Shown: piece by piece, positions 26,165 through 41,618 of the stretch
Layout: every line of letters begins with the position of its first letter
Position numbering within the stretch: the stretch's first letter is position 1
DNA from: the human T2T-CHM13v2.0 reference genome, Homo sapiens
Direction: 5' to 3' (one strand)
Assembly (NCBI RefSeq): GCF_009914755.1
Contig: NC_060939.1
DNA length: 64,000 nucleotides
The notes under the pieces: generated by a model
The model's database searches: none
The model's input: only the letters and a program-made list of their open reading frames with translations
Told to the model about the DNA's origin: nothing
Made by a program: the position numbers and the translations under genes

Positions 26165-27724
26165 TTTTTCTGCAGTATTTTAAAGCAAATCCTAAAAATT
26201 AAGCTATGTCTCATGTTAAAACTTTAGTATGTATCTCTAACTTACCACCAGAACATTATTTCATCTAAAATAATTAAGAGGAATTCCTTAATGTAATCTA
26301 TAACCCAGTCCATATGCAAATGTTCTCTGTTGTCTTAAAGGTGTCTTCTATAGTCAATTTTTTGGAATTGGAATCCACACAAGGTTCACATATTGCATTT
26401 ATTGTTATAACTCTTGTAAGTTTTTTTTGTTTTGAAATACTCCTCAATCTCTTGTTATTTTCTTTATGACATTGATTTGTTCAAAAACAAAAACGTTATT
26501 TGTGTTATGGAATGTTTACATTCAGGATTTAGCTGATTACTTACAGTTTTGTTTCAATTGTTCCTCTATCTTCTGTATTTCATGTAAAATGGGTGTTTGA
26601 TCTAGAGTCTTGATTAGAATTACGTTCAAATTTTATAGGCCAGAATACCTCATAAGTGGTATTATAGTTAGCAATCTTTTGTGGATGAATAATGATGCAT
26701 TTTTTACTATTTTAAAATCAGTCTTAGAAATCTTTCTCTGCCACAAACCCAGGCATATCATGCATGACCTTGGTGGTAGTTCCATTCAGTTGACTATAGA
26801 ACTCCCTGACTTTACATTACCTGCTGTATGTAGCTGTATTGGTTTGTTGTTGCTGTTGTTTATTTTCAATAAAAATACCGTTTTGGAAATTATGTGCCCC
26901 TAAGTCTAGTGAATCAATTATTTTTTTAAGTCACTCACCATTTGCTTCATGTATATAGATACTGACTTAGAATTAGTGTTGAGTCACAGTATATTTAAAA
27001 CAATGAGTCATTACCTCAAATGGAATATAATAGGAATTATTCAGAAGACAATAATCATCTTTTCTGTGGTCGTGCCTTAACTTAAAGAAAACTGAAGTTT
27101 CAGATTCTGTATAAGTCAGAATCCCCAGATAGCTTTCCCCCAATTATCTAGATATTCTTTTGAAACATTGAGTCAATTTATATGATTTCCCCTAGAAGTT
27201 TCGAAGTATTTATTGGGTCCCTATTTCAAATAGATCAACTTTGCAAGGGGCTTTAGACACACAAAGGGAAGACATAATCCATGCCCTCAAGGACTAACTG
27301 TTTGGTAGGAAAGAGAGTACAGCAGTAGCAGAAACAAAGAACATAAACATTTAGTAAAAGTTAGTTTAGAAGGATTATGGAAAAGTTATTGGTAGCATTT
27401 GAAATAAGTCTCAAATATTTGGTATGATATTTTAGTCCATGAAAGATGAAAAGATATCTATCTTTGGCAAGAATGGCAAATGGAAAAAACATCTAAAAAT
27501 TCAGACGCTTCAAATCACTGAATACGGTTTGCCTCTAATTAAGGGAATATGTAACAGAGATAAGAGAAAAATGAATCCATATTATGCAGATTTCTGAATA
27601 TCAGGCTGGTCAGCTAGTTTTCATTCATTCTTTCTTTCTTTCCTCAAAAGTTGTCAGAAAATCATTAAAGTGAGATGACATACAATGGTGTCAACACCAA
27701 AAGAAGGAAGAATTTTAACATGAA

Positions 27725-28232
27725 CAGAAATATCATGGTTTGCAATAGCCAAAAAGTGAAAACAACTCAGATGTCCATTGAGTGATGACTGGATAAACAA
27801 ATATGGTATAGCTATACAATGGAATATTATTTAGCCATAAAAAGATGAAGGATTGATACATACTGCAATATGAATGAGGCTTGAAAACATTATGTTAAGT
27901 GAAAGAAACCAGTCACAAAAGACCACATATTATACGATTCCTTTGTATAAAATGTTCCATAGAGACAGAAAGTAGACTAGTGGTTGGGAAGGGCTGGGGA
28001 GCAGGTGGAGGAATTGGGGACTGGAAGCTAAGAAGAGCAGTGTTTCCTTGAAGTGTTCTAAAATAGATTGTGGTGATGAATGCACAATTCTATAGGTATA
28101 CTAAAAGGCATTAAATTGTACACTTTACTTGATAAATTGGATAATATGTGAATCTTATCTCAATATAGCTGTTTAAAGAAAAAATATGTTATCTCAATCT
28201 TATCTCAATATAGCTGTTTAAAGAAAAAAATA
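27725..28232 (+). mobile_element. L1M (MB/ME-type) 3' end
   Basis: GCAATAGCCAAAAAGTG...ACAATGGAATATTATTTAGCCATAAAAAG...GAAAGAAACCAGTCACAAAAGACCAC. Confidence 0.85.
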
Positions 28233-28609
28233 ATGTGGTTATTGCAGGAAGGTCAAGAAGGATGAATACCGAGAAAAGGCTATGGAATTTTACAATCATA
28301 AATTCCTTGGTGACCTTTAAAGAGAGAATTGCTTCTCTAAATTGGTGGGGGCAGGAGTGCATGGGTGAAGAGGAAGTGGAGGCAGAGTTGTCTTTCAGGA
28401 AGCTTGGCCATGAAGAATGAGGCCATGGGACACAAGCTCCTCTAACTTCCCTGTAATCAGTCTCAACATTTATTTTTAAAATCTTATTTATAGCTTTCAT
28501 CTCCTAAGAAATCCATTCTTTGGGACTGGGGCTCGTCTTTCCACCTGTGCTCTTGAGCTCACTTTCCACCCTTAGCCTGAGAATCTTGCCTCATTTATTG
28601 TGTCCTTGC

Positions 28610-31600
28610 TGAATTGAACCATGAAAAGACATCAGACAAACACAAACTGAGAGACATTCTAGAAAATAATTGGCTTGTAATGTTAAAAAGTGTCAAGATC
28701 AAGAAACGCCAGAAAGGACTAAGAAACTGTTCCCATTTGAAGGAGACTAAGAAAGCGTGACAATTAGATGTAACACATGATTCTAGAATGGCTTCTTTTG
28801 TTATAAAATTCATTACTGAGACAAGTGGTGAAATTTGAATGGGGCCTGAGGATTAGACAGTAGTAATGTATTGGTGTTAATGTCCTGATTTTGATGGTTA
28901 TAGTGCATACATGTGGGAGGATATCCTTGTGTGTAGGCAATACTAAAGTACATGGGTTTGTAAGCATCATGGTAACCACAATGCAAAAACATATAATAGA
29001 TTCACTGGAAAAATAAAGGAATAAATTAAAACATACTACCAGAGAAAATTGCTTAACCACAGAAGAAGAGAGTAAGAAACAAAGAAAAAGAGGAGCTGCA
29101 AAACCACCAGAAAACAAGCAACAAAATGGCAATAGTAAGTCTTTGCTTATCAATTCTCCAATTAAAAGACACAGAGTGAATGTGGAAACAAAACCCAACT
29201 ATATGCTGTCCACAGGAAACTCACTTCATCTAGAAAGGCATGCATAGACTGAAAGTTACAGGGCAGAAAAAGATATTCCATGCAACTGGAAATCAAAAAA
29301 TGAGCAGAAGTAGCTATACTTATATCAGATAAAATAGGCTACAAATCAAAGGCTACCAAAAGAAACACAGGAAGGTTACTATATAATGATAAAGGGTCAA
29401 TTCAGCAAGAGGGTATAACAAGTATAAATACATATGCCCTCAACACAGGAGGCCCCAATTGGATAAAGCAAACGCTAATAAATCTAAAAAGAGAGATAGG
29501 CTATGATACAATAGTAGTAGGTGACTTCAACACCCCAGTCTCAGTAATGGACAGATCATCCAGACAGAAAATCAACAAAGAAATATTGGAGATAAACTAC
29601 ACACTACACCCAGTAGTTCTAACAAATGTTCGTAGAACATTTCACTCAACTGTTGCAGAATACATATTCTTCTCATCAGCACATGGAACATTCTCCAGAA
29701 TAGACCATGCCTTAGGCCACAAGACAAGATCAACAAATTGCCATAAAAGTACAAATTATATCAAGTACTTTTCTGACCACATTGGAATAAAACTAGAATC
29801 AACAACAAGGAAACTCAAAAAATACACAAACACATGGAAATTAAACAAATGAAAATGAAAAGAAAACATATCAAAATCTAAGGGATTATCATTATATGTG
29901 TGGTTCACTGTTGACCAAAACATTGTTATGTAGTGAATGGCATATATATATGATACTATGTATATAATATTTTCTGAGTGTGCATATAAACACACACACA
30001 CATTCCAGTTGCATGGAATAGGTAAGTTTGTGTGTATGTATCTGTGTATATATATATACCTATAGGTAGGTATATGTGTATATACACACACACATACATA
30101 CATACCTTGGTTTCATATATATAAAAAACATACTAATTAAAACGTGCTACCTATTAAAAATACTACTAATTAAAAATACTATTATACATATATAAAATTA
30201 TACATAAATAAAATTTTGGAAAAGAAATATAATAATTGAAAATAAAAATTCAATATTTGATGTTTAAATAATAGATTAGACATAGATCAAGAGAGAATTA
30301 GTAAACCTGAAGATAGAATCAAAGAAAATTTCCTGACTGTAGTTTAGAGAGTCAAAAAGATGCAGTGTGTGAAAGGGGTAAAAAGATGGGCTTAGAAAGT
30401 GAAGGACTAACACATGTTTGATTGGCATTTCATAAAAGGATAACAGAGAGCTGGAAAGAGGCAATATTGGCTGAGAATTTTCCAAGAATTGTGGAAAGAT
30501 AATCATTATTTTTTAAATTGTCAAAAAAGGTCAGAGAAATATCAAAGGGAAGCTGGGTTTTTAGCTGAGAAGAATGTCACACAAAACGGACTTTTAAAAA
30601 AAAAGCCAGAGTAAAATAGCTTAACCAACAAATAGTTCATTTCATCGGGAAAATGACATTTCCAAAATTATATGTACAAGTAAGGCTTCAATGCATATGC
30701 AGTAAAAATTAACAAAACCATGAAGATAAATAGATAAAGCCACCATCATGGTGAGAGATTTTGACACAACTCTCTTACAACTCTCAATTTCTCAGATTGA
30801 TAGATCCAGAAAAAAAAATCAGTAGGTTATTTGGAGAATACACATTGATGCTTTAACAAATTTAAATGAGATATATTATGATCATGCTTTTTGACCAGAG
30901 AGTAATGAATTTCTGCAATTAACACAAAAATAACTTTAAAAATTTCCTACATTTTAATATTTGAAATACCCCTCTACACAACTAATGGATCAAATAAAAT
31001 CATAAAGAAAAATAGTAACTAATAGAACTAACCTATAACTAAAAATACATGTTATAAAAAATTTTGGATGAACTAAAACTGTACCTACAAAGAAATTTAT
31101 GACATTAAATGCTTATTCTATCAGTTATCAAGACTTACTTAAAACTACGGGATGAAGGCATTGTGGTCTTGATACAAGGATATGCCAACATAAGAATGGA
31201 AGAGAATGGTCTAACCATAACAGATCAATAACTGTATGGACATTTGGTTTATGACAAGCAAGGAGGGAAACAACACTTTCTTCAATACACAGTGCTAAGT
31301 CAAATAGATATCCACATGGGATGAAAAATATCTCACATTACACGTGAAATTAACTCCAGGTTGTTTGCAGATTTAAATGTGTAAGTTAAATCAATAAGGT
31401 TTGAGAAGACAATATAAAAAATCTTCTCATTTTCATGATATTAGGGTTGGGAAAGACTATTTAAATGTGGGCAAAAAGCATTAATTATAAAGATGAATAA
31501 ATGGAAATACACTAGCACCAAGAACTTTTCATCAGAAGAGACACAATGAAGACAATGCATTGGTAAGCCACAAAATAAAAAGAAGATACTTAGAATATAC

Positions 31601-34250
31601 ATAACTGGTAAAAGCTCATATCCAGATATATCAAGAACTTATACAAATAAATGTAAAGACAGACCATCTAACAAAAATTGAGTCACAGACTTGAAAAGAC
31701 GTTTCACAAAAAAGGAAACCCAAATAGCTAATTAACGTATGGGAAGAGAATCAGCCTCATTAGTAATCAGGGAAATGAAAACTGAAGCCACAATCAAACT
31801 ACTACATATTCACCCAAAAGGCTGAAATGAAAAAAGACTGATTCTATCAAGTGTTGGTAAGGATGTTGATCAATAGGAACTCTGAAACATTATTAATGGT
31901 ATAAATTAATACAACACTTTGGAGAATAGTCTAATTTAATAGAGTTAAATAAATAAATACCTTATCATTGGATATATTGAGTATGAGCATATACACAAGA
32001 GAATAACATGTACGTGTGCAGCAAAATACATGCATGAGAAATATGATAAACTGAAGGTAATCACAAATGAGCTACCACTCATTTCATTGAGAGGTAGAGC
32101 TATTCCCCTCCCTTTGCATCTGCCCTGGCTTTCTGATTCTATATTCAAGAAAATGCAGTGTAAGTGACACTGTGCCAGCTCTGGGAGCAAGTTTAAATAA
32201 GGCCTGGAAACTTCTGCTTTTGCATCTTTTGAAGCTCTGAGACTCCATTTAAAATGTCCAGTCTCCTGCTAGAAAGACCATGTGAGGAACCCACCCAGTG
32301 AAGCTATCAGGAAACGGAGAGGCTCTGGAACTATATAGAGAGCATCTTTCTTAAGAAATATTTTAAATGTGTACAAATTAAACCCAAATAAAATAGAAGG
32401 AAATAAATAGTAAAGATTGGAGCAGACATTAATGAAATAGAAAATAAACATACAATAGAGTCAGCAAAAACAAAAGATTAATCTTTGAAAAGATTAATAA
32501 AATTGACAAACCATTAATGCAATTAATTAAGAAAAAAGAGAGAAGATGCAAATAACTAATACCAGGAATAATAAAAATTTTATCGCTCCAGTTGCTGCAG
32601 GTTTTAAAGAGTCAGAATATGTTATACATGACTTTATTGCAATACATTTGAAAATGTAGATAAAGTGGATAAATATCTTTAAAAAACCCCACAAATTGCC
32701 AAAACTGACTTAAGAAGAAATAGAAATCTGAACGTTGCTAGACCACTAAAGAAATTAAATGAGTAGTTAAAAAAAATGATTTCAAAGAAAACTCCAGGCC
32801 CATGGCTAATGCTGCATAACATTCAAGGAAAAGACTCTTCCAGAAAATGACAAAGACTCATTTTCTGAGCTTGTAACTTTAATGCCAAAATCCCAAAACC
32901 ATATTACAAAAGTGCAAAATTATAGGGCAATTTCACCAATGAATATAGTTTCAAAAATTCTAGATACAATATTAGCAAACTTAATATAGCAGTATATTCA
33001 AAGAATTATGAGTTGAGCTTTCCCGAGAATGTAAGTCTAACTTAAAATTAGTAAATGGTATAATGAAAGTTATCATCTTAACTTATTAAAGAAAAATCAT
33101 ATGGCGATCTCAGTAGTTGCACAAAGTGTTTAATAAATGTTAACATCCATTCATCATAAAAATTTAGCAAATGAGGAATAAAAGGAAATTTTCTTAATCT
33201 TAAAAAGTGTATCTATTTTTTAAAAAGTACCTAGAGCCAACATTATACTTAATGGTGAAATAGTTAAAGCTTTCTCTTTAAGACGATTAGCAAAAAAAAA
33301 GATGGCTTCTGTGGGCCTAGCAGTACACTAATCAAGAAAAAGAAATAAAATGTACAAGGGTTTGAAAGTTATTTATTCATAGGTATTATGTTTGGGCACA
33401 TAAAATCCAAAAGAACCTATGATTAAAATATTAGACTTAATAAGGTTGATAGATACAAAATCAACTATATTTCCATAGATTAGCAACAAATAGAAAATTA
33501 AAAATGCTTAAAATGATACTATTAGTTATCTGAAAATATCAAATGACTAGGAATAATTTAAGTAAAAATTCCATAGGACCACTTCAGGAAGATTTATAAG
33601 ACTTTATTGAAGGATTTTAAAGTAGACATTTAAATGAGAGATATTTTATGTTCATGCTTTGGAAGACAATATTGTAAAGATGCTAATTTGCCCCACATGG
33701 TTAACATATTCATGAAATTCCAATAAAAATCCCAGTAAGTATTTTTGTGGAACGTGAGGGGCTGATTCTAAAAATGTATCCGGAGATGCAAAGCACCCAG
33801 GAAGTCAAAGATACTCTTGAGGATGAACAAGATGGGAGGACTTGCTTGAAAACAAGTCAAGATTTATTATAAAGCCATAGTAATTGAGTTGGTGTAGTAT
33901 TTGTTCAGGGATAAAGAAATAGACAATTGGAAATGACTATAGAGCACAGAAACACCTCTACGTGAGGAATGACAGAGGGGCACTGCAGAGCAGTGGTAAC
34001 AGTGGGAAAACAAATGAGGCTGAAACAATTGCTGTCCAAATGGGGAAAAAGGAAATTCAACTCCTATCCTATACCAGACATAAAAATCAATACTAGATGA
34101 TTAAAAACCTAATGATCAAAATTATAAAATCTAAGAAGATTGTATAGAGGAATGACCTCAAAGTTTGAGAAGGAGTTCTTAAACAAGATATACAACACCA
34201 TAAAGGAAAAGATTGATCAATTGGACCCCATCAAAGTTAAACACTTTGGG
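28610..34250 (+). mobile_element. Cluster of degenerate old L1 fragments (ORF1/ORF2 remnants) with an embedded TA/CA-rich tract and an MLT1-like piece (about 32060-32340)
   Basis: ORF 29547-29852 (MDRSSRQKINKE...FFSSAHGTFSRIDHALGHK...TWKLN) is L1 ORF2 endonuclease-domain sequence. A-rich sense strand throughout, with many stops and frameshifts. Confidence 0.85.
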
Positions 34251-34882
34251 GCATTAATTTTGTATTCTTTTTCTTAGAGAAGGTACCCAAACTGTATCAC
34301 TTCAGTCCCCACAAAGACTGGATGCAAGTCAAGTCCTTTCAAATAATACATTCTTTTCTTCCTAAGCAAAATTTATTCCTAAAGACAGTATTCTAGACAT
34401 AGGATACATTTGTTTCCTTCTTACGCCTCTTCTATTTTCTTCTTAACTCTGAGGTTTATAATAATGTCATTGAGATCTTTCTGTTTCTCAATCCAAGAAG
34501 GATATCATAATCTCTTTATAACAAGGGCTTCTATTCCTTTTGATTTGTTCATGAATAGAACAGTTCACCATTTTGTGGAAGAAGCCAGAACGTAGGACTC
34601 AGATCTCAAACCATGGTCAGAAATGACATAACTAACAAAATCAGGGCCAATTCAAGACCACTGAGGCTATGATCAAAAAGGCTGGATATGATTCCCTCAT
34701 TTTCCATATACAAAGACATCTTTCTCTTTTTTAACTCTTAGGCCCTGAAATGAGTCCTTTTTTTCACACCTCATTTCACTTAGCATGTTTCCTACTATAA
34801 TCAAATTTTGTGTCTATTGGTAATTGGCTTCTTAAAATAATTAGGCAATATCATAGAACTATTAGCAAAATGACACTGATTT

Positions 34883-35187
<305 letters not shown>

Positions 35188-35419
35188 TACACCGATTTAA
35201 GATATTTCTCCAAGTCAAATAATGAATCCCTGACTTCTCTTCCTCCATGCAAGGATGTAGGGTCCTCTCTCAGCGTGGTGCTTTGGGAACAGAGACTTCC
35301 CCTTTATCTTTCATATACCTTCTTTGCAGTACGTCTCAGAAAGAAACACACTAGAAGGTGAGTTGTCCTCAGTGCTACTTTAATTCTGGCAGGGTAATCG
35401 TGTAGAACTGCAGAAGGTA

Positions 35420-35810
35420 ATTAACAATACCTAATATGTGCCCAGTACGTACTGTGTGCCAGGCATTATTTTAAGTGCTTTACCTAAATTTATTTAATTA
35501 TTCTTCACAACAATTATAGGTGTTATAACCATTACCATTTTATAGATAAGAAACTGAGGCACAGATAAGTTAAGTGACTTTCCCAAGGTCACACATGTAA
35601 GTAAGTGGAAGAGTCACAAACTGAACCCAAGCTGTCTAGCTCTCATGTCTATGCCCTGTAATTTAGTAATGAAAGGCTAAAAGAATTCTCAGAGATCATT
35701 TAATCCAACCTCTCCAATTCAGAATGAAAAAACTGAGGCTCAGTGTGGACTGCCTAAGACTACTCAAAATTAGTAGTAAAAGAGGTTCTCCACTCTAAAC
35801 TTAGTGTTCT
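35420..35810. mobile_element. MIR elements
   Basis: CCATTTTATAGATAAGAAACTGAGGCACAGATAAGTTAAGTGACTTTCCCAAGGTCACAC core. Confidence 0.85.
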
Positions 35811-37053
35811 TTGTACTTTTCCCGTGGTAAATAACATTTGGTTTTTAGTACATCTGTCCACATCCCTCATTTCAGGTCCTTCCCTCATGCTCTGTATTTA
35901 CCTAAGTGTTTTTTCTTTGATTGTTCTGGCTTCTAGCCTTCCTTAGTAAAGTGATGTTTTGGACTTTGTTTTGGCTTGCTGTCTCCTGCCCTGCTCTGAC
36001 AGGAAGGTGCCTCTGGGACAAGGTTTCCTGACTGCTGGAGCCACAGGTGTGTACTGGACTTGCAGCACACTCCCAAACCAAGCGCTTAATGTGTTTCTCC
36101 CCACCTATATCTGACCCTGGGCAATCAGTGTTCCCATAGCAGCCAGTCCAATTACTCTGTATTCATTTTGGGCTTACCTTGGTTGCACATCTGAGCAGAC
36201 ATTGACTTGAAACTCACAGAGAGAGGGGAGGGAGGTTCTGATCTCAGAGATATTCTAAAGGCATGCTATACAACAGGCACTTTTTCCATTGGAACAGAGA
36301 CATTCAAGGTGCCTTTGGACATTCAGGGACACATATTTGGAAGTGGATTAATTAGTAATGGGTGATCTAAGCCATCCATCAACAAGTATTTTTTTTAAAC
36401 TGAGATATAATTCACATACCATAAAGTTCACTCTTTTAAAATATAGAATGTAGTTATTTTTAGTATATTCCCAAAATTGTGCAACTGTCACCACTCCTTA
36501 ATTTCCAAACATTTTCATCACTCTTAAAAGAAATGTGTACACATTAGAATCAACTCACATTCCTCTTCCCTGTCCCCTGATCTGCTTCCTGTCTCTATGG
36601 ATTTACCTATTATAGATATTTCATATCAATGGAATCATACAACATGTGGCTTTTTGTGACTGGTTTCTTTCACTTCGCTTAATGTTTTTGAGGTTCATCC
36701 ATCCGTTATTGCTGAATACTTTTGTTTGTATGACTATACCACATTTTGTTTATCCATTTTCAATTGATGGGCATTTGGGTTGTTTCCACTTTTCAGCTAT
36801 TATGAATAATGTTCCTTTAAATATTTGCGTACAAATTTGTGTGTGGATGTATACTTTCAATTGTTTTGGGTACAGACCTGGATGCGGAATGGTCAGGTCA
36901 TATGGCAACTCTATGTTTAAGTTATTGAGGAACTTCCAGACTGTTTTCCAAGAGGGCTGCATCATTTGGCTTCCACCAGCAATGTTTGAAGGCTCCAATT
37001 TCCCCATAACTTTGTTAACACTTATTATTATCCATTTTGTGATTATAGCCATC

Positions 37054-37433
37054 TGTGTTAGTTCATTCTCAAGTTGCTAATAAAGACATACCCGAGACTG
37101 GGTGATTTAGAAAGGAAAGCGACTTAATTGGCCCACAGTACTGCAGGGCTGGGGAGGCCTCAGGAAACTTATAATCACAATGGAAGGGGAAGCAAACGCA
37201 TTATTCTTCACATGGCGGCAGCAAGGAGAAGTGCCAAGAAAAAGGAGGAAAAGCCCCTTATAAAACCATCAGATCTTGTGAGAACTCCCTCATTATCACA
37301 AGAACAGCAGCATGAGGGTAACTGCCCCCCGTGATTCAATTACTTCCCACTGAGTCCCTCCCATAACACATGGGGATTATGGGAACTACAATTTAAGATG
37401 AGATTTGGGTAGGGACACAGCCAAACTCTATCA
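37054..37433 (-). mobile_element. THE1 (C/D-like) MaLR solo LTR
   Basis: GCTAATAAAGACATACCCGAGACTGGG...GGGGAGGCCTCAGGAAACTTA...GATGAGATTTGGGT...ACAGCCAAAC. Confidence 0.92.
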
Positions 37434-38494
37434 TCCTCTTAATGCTAGTAAAATGACAACTCATTGTGGTCTTGATTTGCATTTCTCTAACAATGATGTT
37501 GAGCACCTTTTCATTGATTAGCCATTTGTATATTTTCTTTAGAGAAAGATCTATTCAAATACTTTGCAGACCCTTAAATTGGGTTACCTTTTTCATGATG
37601 ATTTGTAAGAGTTATTTATATATTCTGGATATTAAATCCTTATTAGATATAACATTTTCAAGTATTTTCTCTCATTCTATGAGTTGTCTTTTCACTTTCT
37701 TGATAGTGTTCTTTGATACAAAAAGCTTTTAATTTTGGTGACATTTATCTATTTTTCTTTTGTCTATTGTGCTTTTGCTATTATATCTCAGAAATCATTG
37801 TCCAAAATACAAGGTCAGGAAGATTTACACCTATGTTCTCTTCCAAGATTATTATAGTTTTAGGTCTTATATCAAGGTCTATCACTCATTTTGTATGCAA
37901 AGTGAGGTAGGACTCTAACTTTATTTTTTGCATGTGAATATCCAATTGTCTCAGCACCATTTGTTGAAAAGCCTGTTCTTTCCTCCATTCACTCGTCTTT
38001 ACATCCTTGTCAAAAATCAATTGGCCATGATATATGTGCTTATTTCTAGAATCTCAATTCTTTTCCACTGATTTATGTATCTTCTCCTTATCCTTAGCCC
38101 CCATTTATCTATCTTTATCCCATGCTATCTTGATTACTGTAGATTTGAAGTAAGTTTTGAAGTTTAGAAATGCGAGTCCTCCAACTTTGTTCTTTTTCAA
38201 AACGGTTTTGCCTATTTTGGGTCACTTGCATTATCATGTGAATTTTAGAATTGGCTTGTAAATTTTGTTCAAAAAAACCTGGATATGATAGGGATTGTGT
38301 TGAATCTGTAGATCAATTCAGGGAGTATTGCCATCTTAATGTTATATCTTTTAATTTATGAACGTAGAATGTCTCTCCTATTTATTTGGGTCTTTAGTTT
38401 GTTTTAATGGTGTTTTGTTGTTTTCAATATGCAAGTCATGCGCTTGCTTGTTAAATTTATTCCCAAGCACTTAATTATTTTGATGCTATTGTAA

Positions 38495-38849
<355 letters not shown>

Positions 38850-40288
38850 ACAATTGATTTTTAATGTTGATCTTACATTCTTCATACTTGCTGAATTTGT
38901 TTTAATAGATTTTTTCAGTGCATAATCCATTAACTTTTCCATGTACAAGATCATATTATCTGTGAATAAAGAGAGTTTTGCTTTTTCTTTTACAATCTGG
39001 ATGCCTTTTATTTCTTTTTCTTGCCTGGTTATTCTGGCTAGACTGTCCAGTACACTGTTGAATAGAAGTGGCAAGAGTAGACATTTTGTCTTATTCCTGA
39101 ACTTAGAAGGAAAAACTAAGTAGTCTTTCACCATTAAGTATGATGTTAGCTGTGGGTTTTTCAGGGATGTCCTTTATCAAATTGATAACTGTCCCTTCTG
39201 TTCCTTGTTTGTTGAGTGCTTTTATTACAAAATGTCAAAGATTTTTATTATGTTAGATTTTATCAAATGCTTTTTCTGCCTCTACTGAGATAATATTGAG
39301 CTTTTTGGATCTTTTATTCTATTATCTTGGTTCTTTACATTGATTGATTTTAATATTTTAAGCTACCTTGTATTCCTGAGATAAATCCTTTTCATATGTT
39401 TCTGGACTTAACATGCTAGCACTTGTTGAGGAGTTTTGTGTCTATATTCCTAAGGGATATTTGTCCATAGTTTTTTTTTTTTTCTTGATGTCTTTGTGTG
39501 GTTTTGGTATCAGGATAATATTGGTGTCATAAAATGACTTGAGAAATCTTCCCTCCTCTTTTATTTTTTAGAAGAGTTGGTGAAAGATTGGTGTTAATCT
39601 TCCTTAAATGCTTTGTAGAATTCACTAATGAAGCTATCTGGTTCTTAGTGGGAGGTTTTTTTTGTTTTGTTTTGTTTTGTTTTGTTTGTTTTTTCCTAAC
39701 TCAATCTCTATTTGTTACAGATCTATTCATATTTACTATTTCTTTGTGAATAAGTTTTGGTAGTTTGTGTCATTCCAGGAATTTGTTCATTTTATTTAAG
39801 TTACCTAATTAATTGGCACACGATTGATCATAATATTAAAATACTTTTATTTCTGTGAGATCAGTAATAATATTTTATTTTCATCCTGATTTTAGTAATT
39901 TGATTCTTTCTCTTGGTCATTCTTCCTAATGGTTTGTCAATTTTATTGATTTTTTTTCCAAGAACCAACTTTGGGTTTCATAGATTTTCTCTAGTTTTGC
40001 TATTCTCCATTTCATTTATTTTGCTCTAATCTTTATTATTTCCTTCCTTGCATTTGTTTCATGTTTGGTTTGATCTTCTTTTTCTAATTTCTTAAGATGG
40101 AAAGTTAAATTATTAATTTGAAAGCTTTCTCTTTTTTAAATGTTGATATTTGTAATTATAAGTTCCTCTGTTTTCACTGCATTCCATAAGTTTAATGTTG
40201 TGTTTTGGTTTTCCTTCATCTCAAAGTGTTTTCCAACATCCCTGTGATTTCTTCTTTGACCCATTGATTATTGAGAAGTGTATTGTTT

Positions 40289-40397
40289 AGGATAATAGCT
40301 GCCAGCTGCATATATGTTGCTGCAACAGACATGATTTTGGTCTTTTTTATGGTTGTGTTGTAGTCCATGGTATCCATGGTATGTGTATGTGTATATT

Positions 40398-40444
<47 letters not shown>

Positions 40445-41618
40445 TGCATTTTCTTCATCCACCTAGGTTTATTTCATGTCTTTGCTATTTATTGTGAATA
40501 GCTCTGTGATGAACATACATGTGCATGTCTTTTTGGTAGACAATTAATTTTCCTTTGTATATATACCCAGCACCGGGATTCCTGGGTCCAGTGGTAGTTC
40601 TGTTTTTAGTTCTTTGAGAAATCTCCAAACTCGTTTCCACAGTGACTGAACTAATTTACATTACCACCAACAGTGTATAAGCATTCCCTTTTCTCCATAG
40701 CCTCGCCAGCATCTGGTTTTTTTGACTTTTTAATAATAGTCATTCTGACCGGTATGAGAGATGGTATCTCATTGTGGTTTTGATTTTCATTTCTCTGATG
40801 ACTAGTATTGATGTCCATTTTTTAAATGTGTTTTGTTGCCACTTGTCTGTCTTCTTTTGAAAAGTGTCTGTCCATGTCTTTTGCCCGTTTTTAAAAGTAG
40901 GATTATTTGGTTTTTTCCTTGTTGATTTATTTAAGTTGCTTATAGATTCTGGATATTAGACCTTTGTTGGATGCATAGTTTGTGAATATTCTCTCTCATT
41001 CTGTAGGTTGTCTGTTTACTCTGCCTATAGTTTCTTTTGCTGTGCAGAGCTCCTTAGTTTAATTAGGTCTCATTTGTCAATTTTTGTTTTTGTTGTAACT
41101 GCTTTTGGGGACTTAGGCATAAATTCTTTGCCAAGGCTGATATTGAGAAGGGTATTTCGTAGGTTTTCTTCTAGGATTTTTATAATTTGAGGTCTTACAT
41201 TTAAATTTTTAATTCATTTTGACTTATTTTTCATGTATGGTGAAAGGTAGGGGTCCTGATTCATTATTCTGCATATGGCTAACCAGTTATCCCAGCACCA
41301 TTTATTGAATACAGAGTCCTTTCCCCATCACTCATTTTTGTCAGCTTTGTTGAAGATCCAACTATTGCATGTTCTCACTTATAAATGGAGCTAAATATTG
41401 AGTACACATGGACATAAAGATGGGAGAAATAGACACTGGAGACTATTGGGGGAAAGGAAGAAGGGGGAAATTGGCTAAAAACTACCTATCACGGGCTATG
41501 CTCTCTACCTGAGTGCAGGATCATCCATGCCCCAAACCTCAGCAACATGCAATATGCCCCTGTAACAAACCTGGACTTATTCCCCCTTGATCTAAAATAA
41601 AAGTTGAAAATTTTAAAA
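40289..41618. mobile_element. L1PB/L1MA-type insertion with 5' inversion (antisense 40289-41358, sense 3' UTR 41359-41618)
   Basis: Orientation switch at about 41358; flanked by imperfect TSD AGAAGT(G)TA(T)TGTTT. Confidence 0.8.
40402..40444. repeat. (TG)n(TA)n compound microsatellite
   Basis: Direct observation. Confidence 0.95.

Noticed and set aside
29547-29852. Endonuclease/RT-like ORFs here and at 36750, 38730, 41613, 43933 and 44238 as a novel retroelement system
   Set aside because: All are short, broken remnants of ordinary L1 ORF1/ORF2; none is intact.
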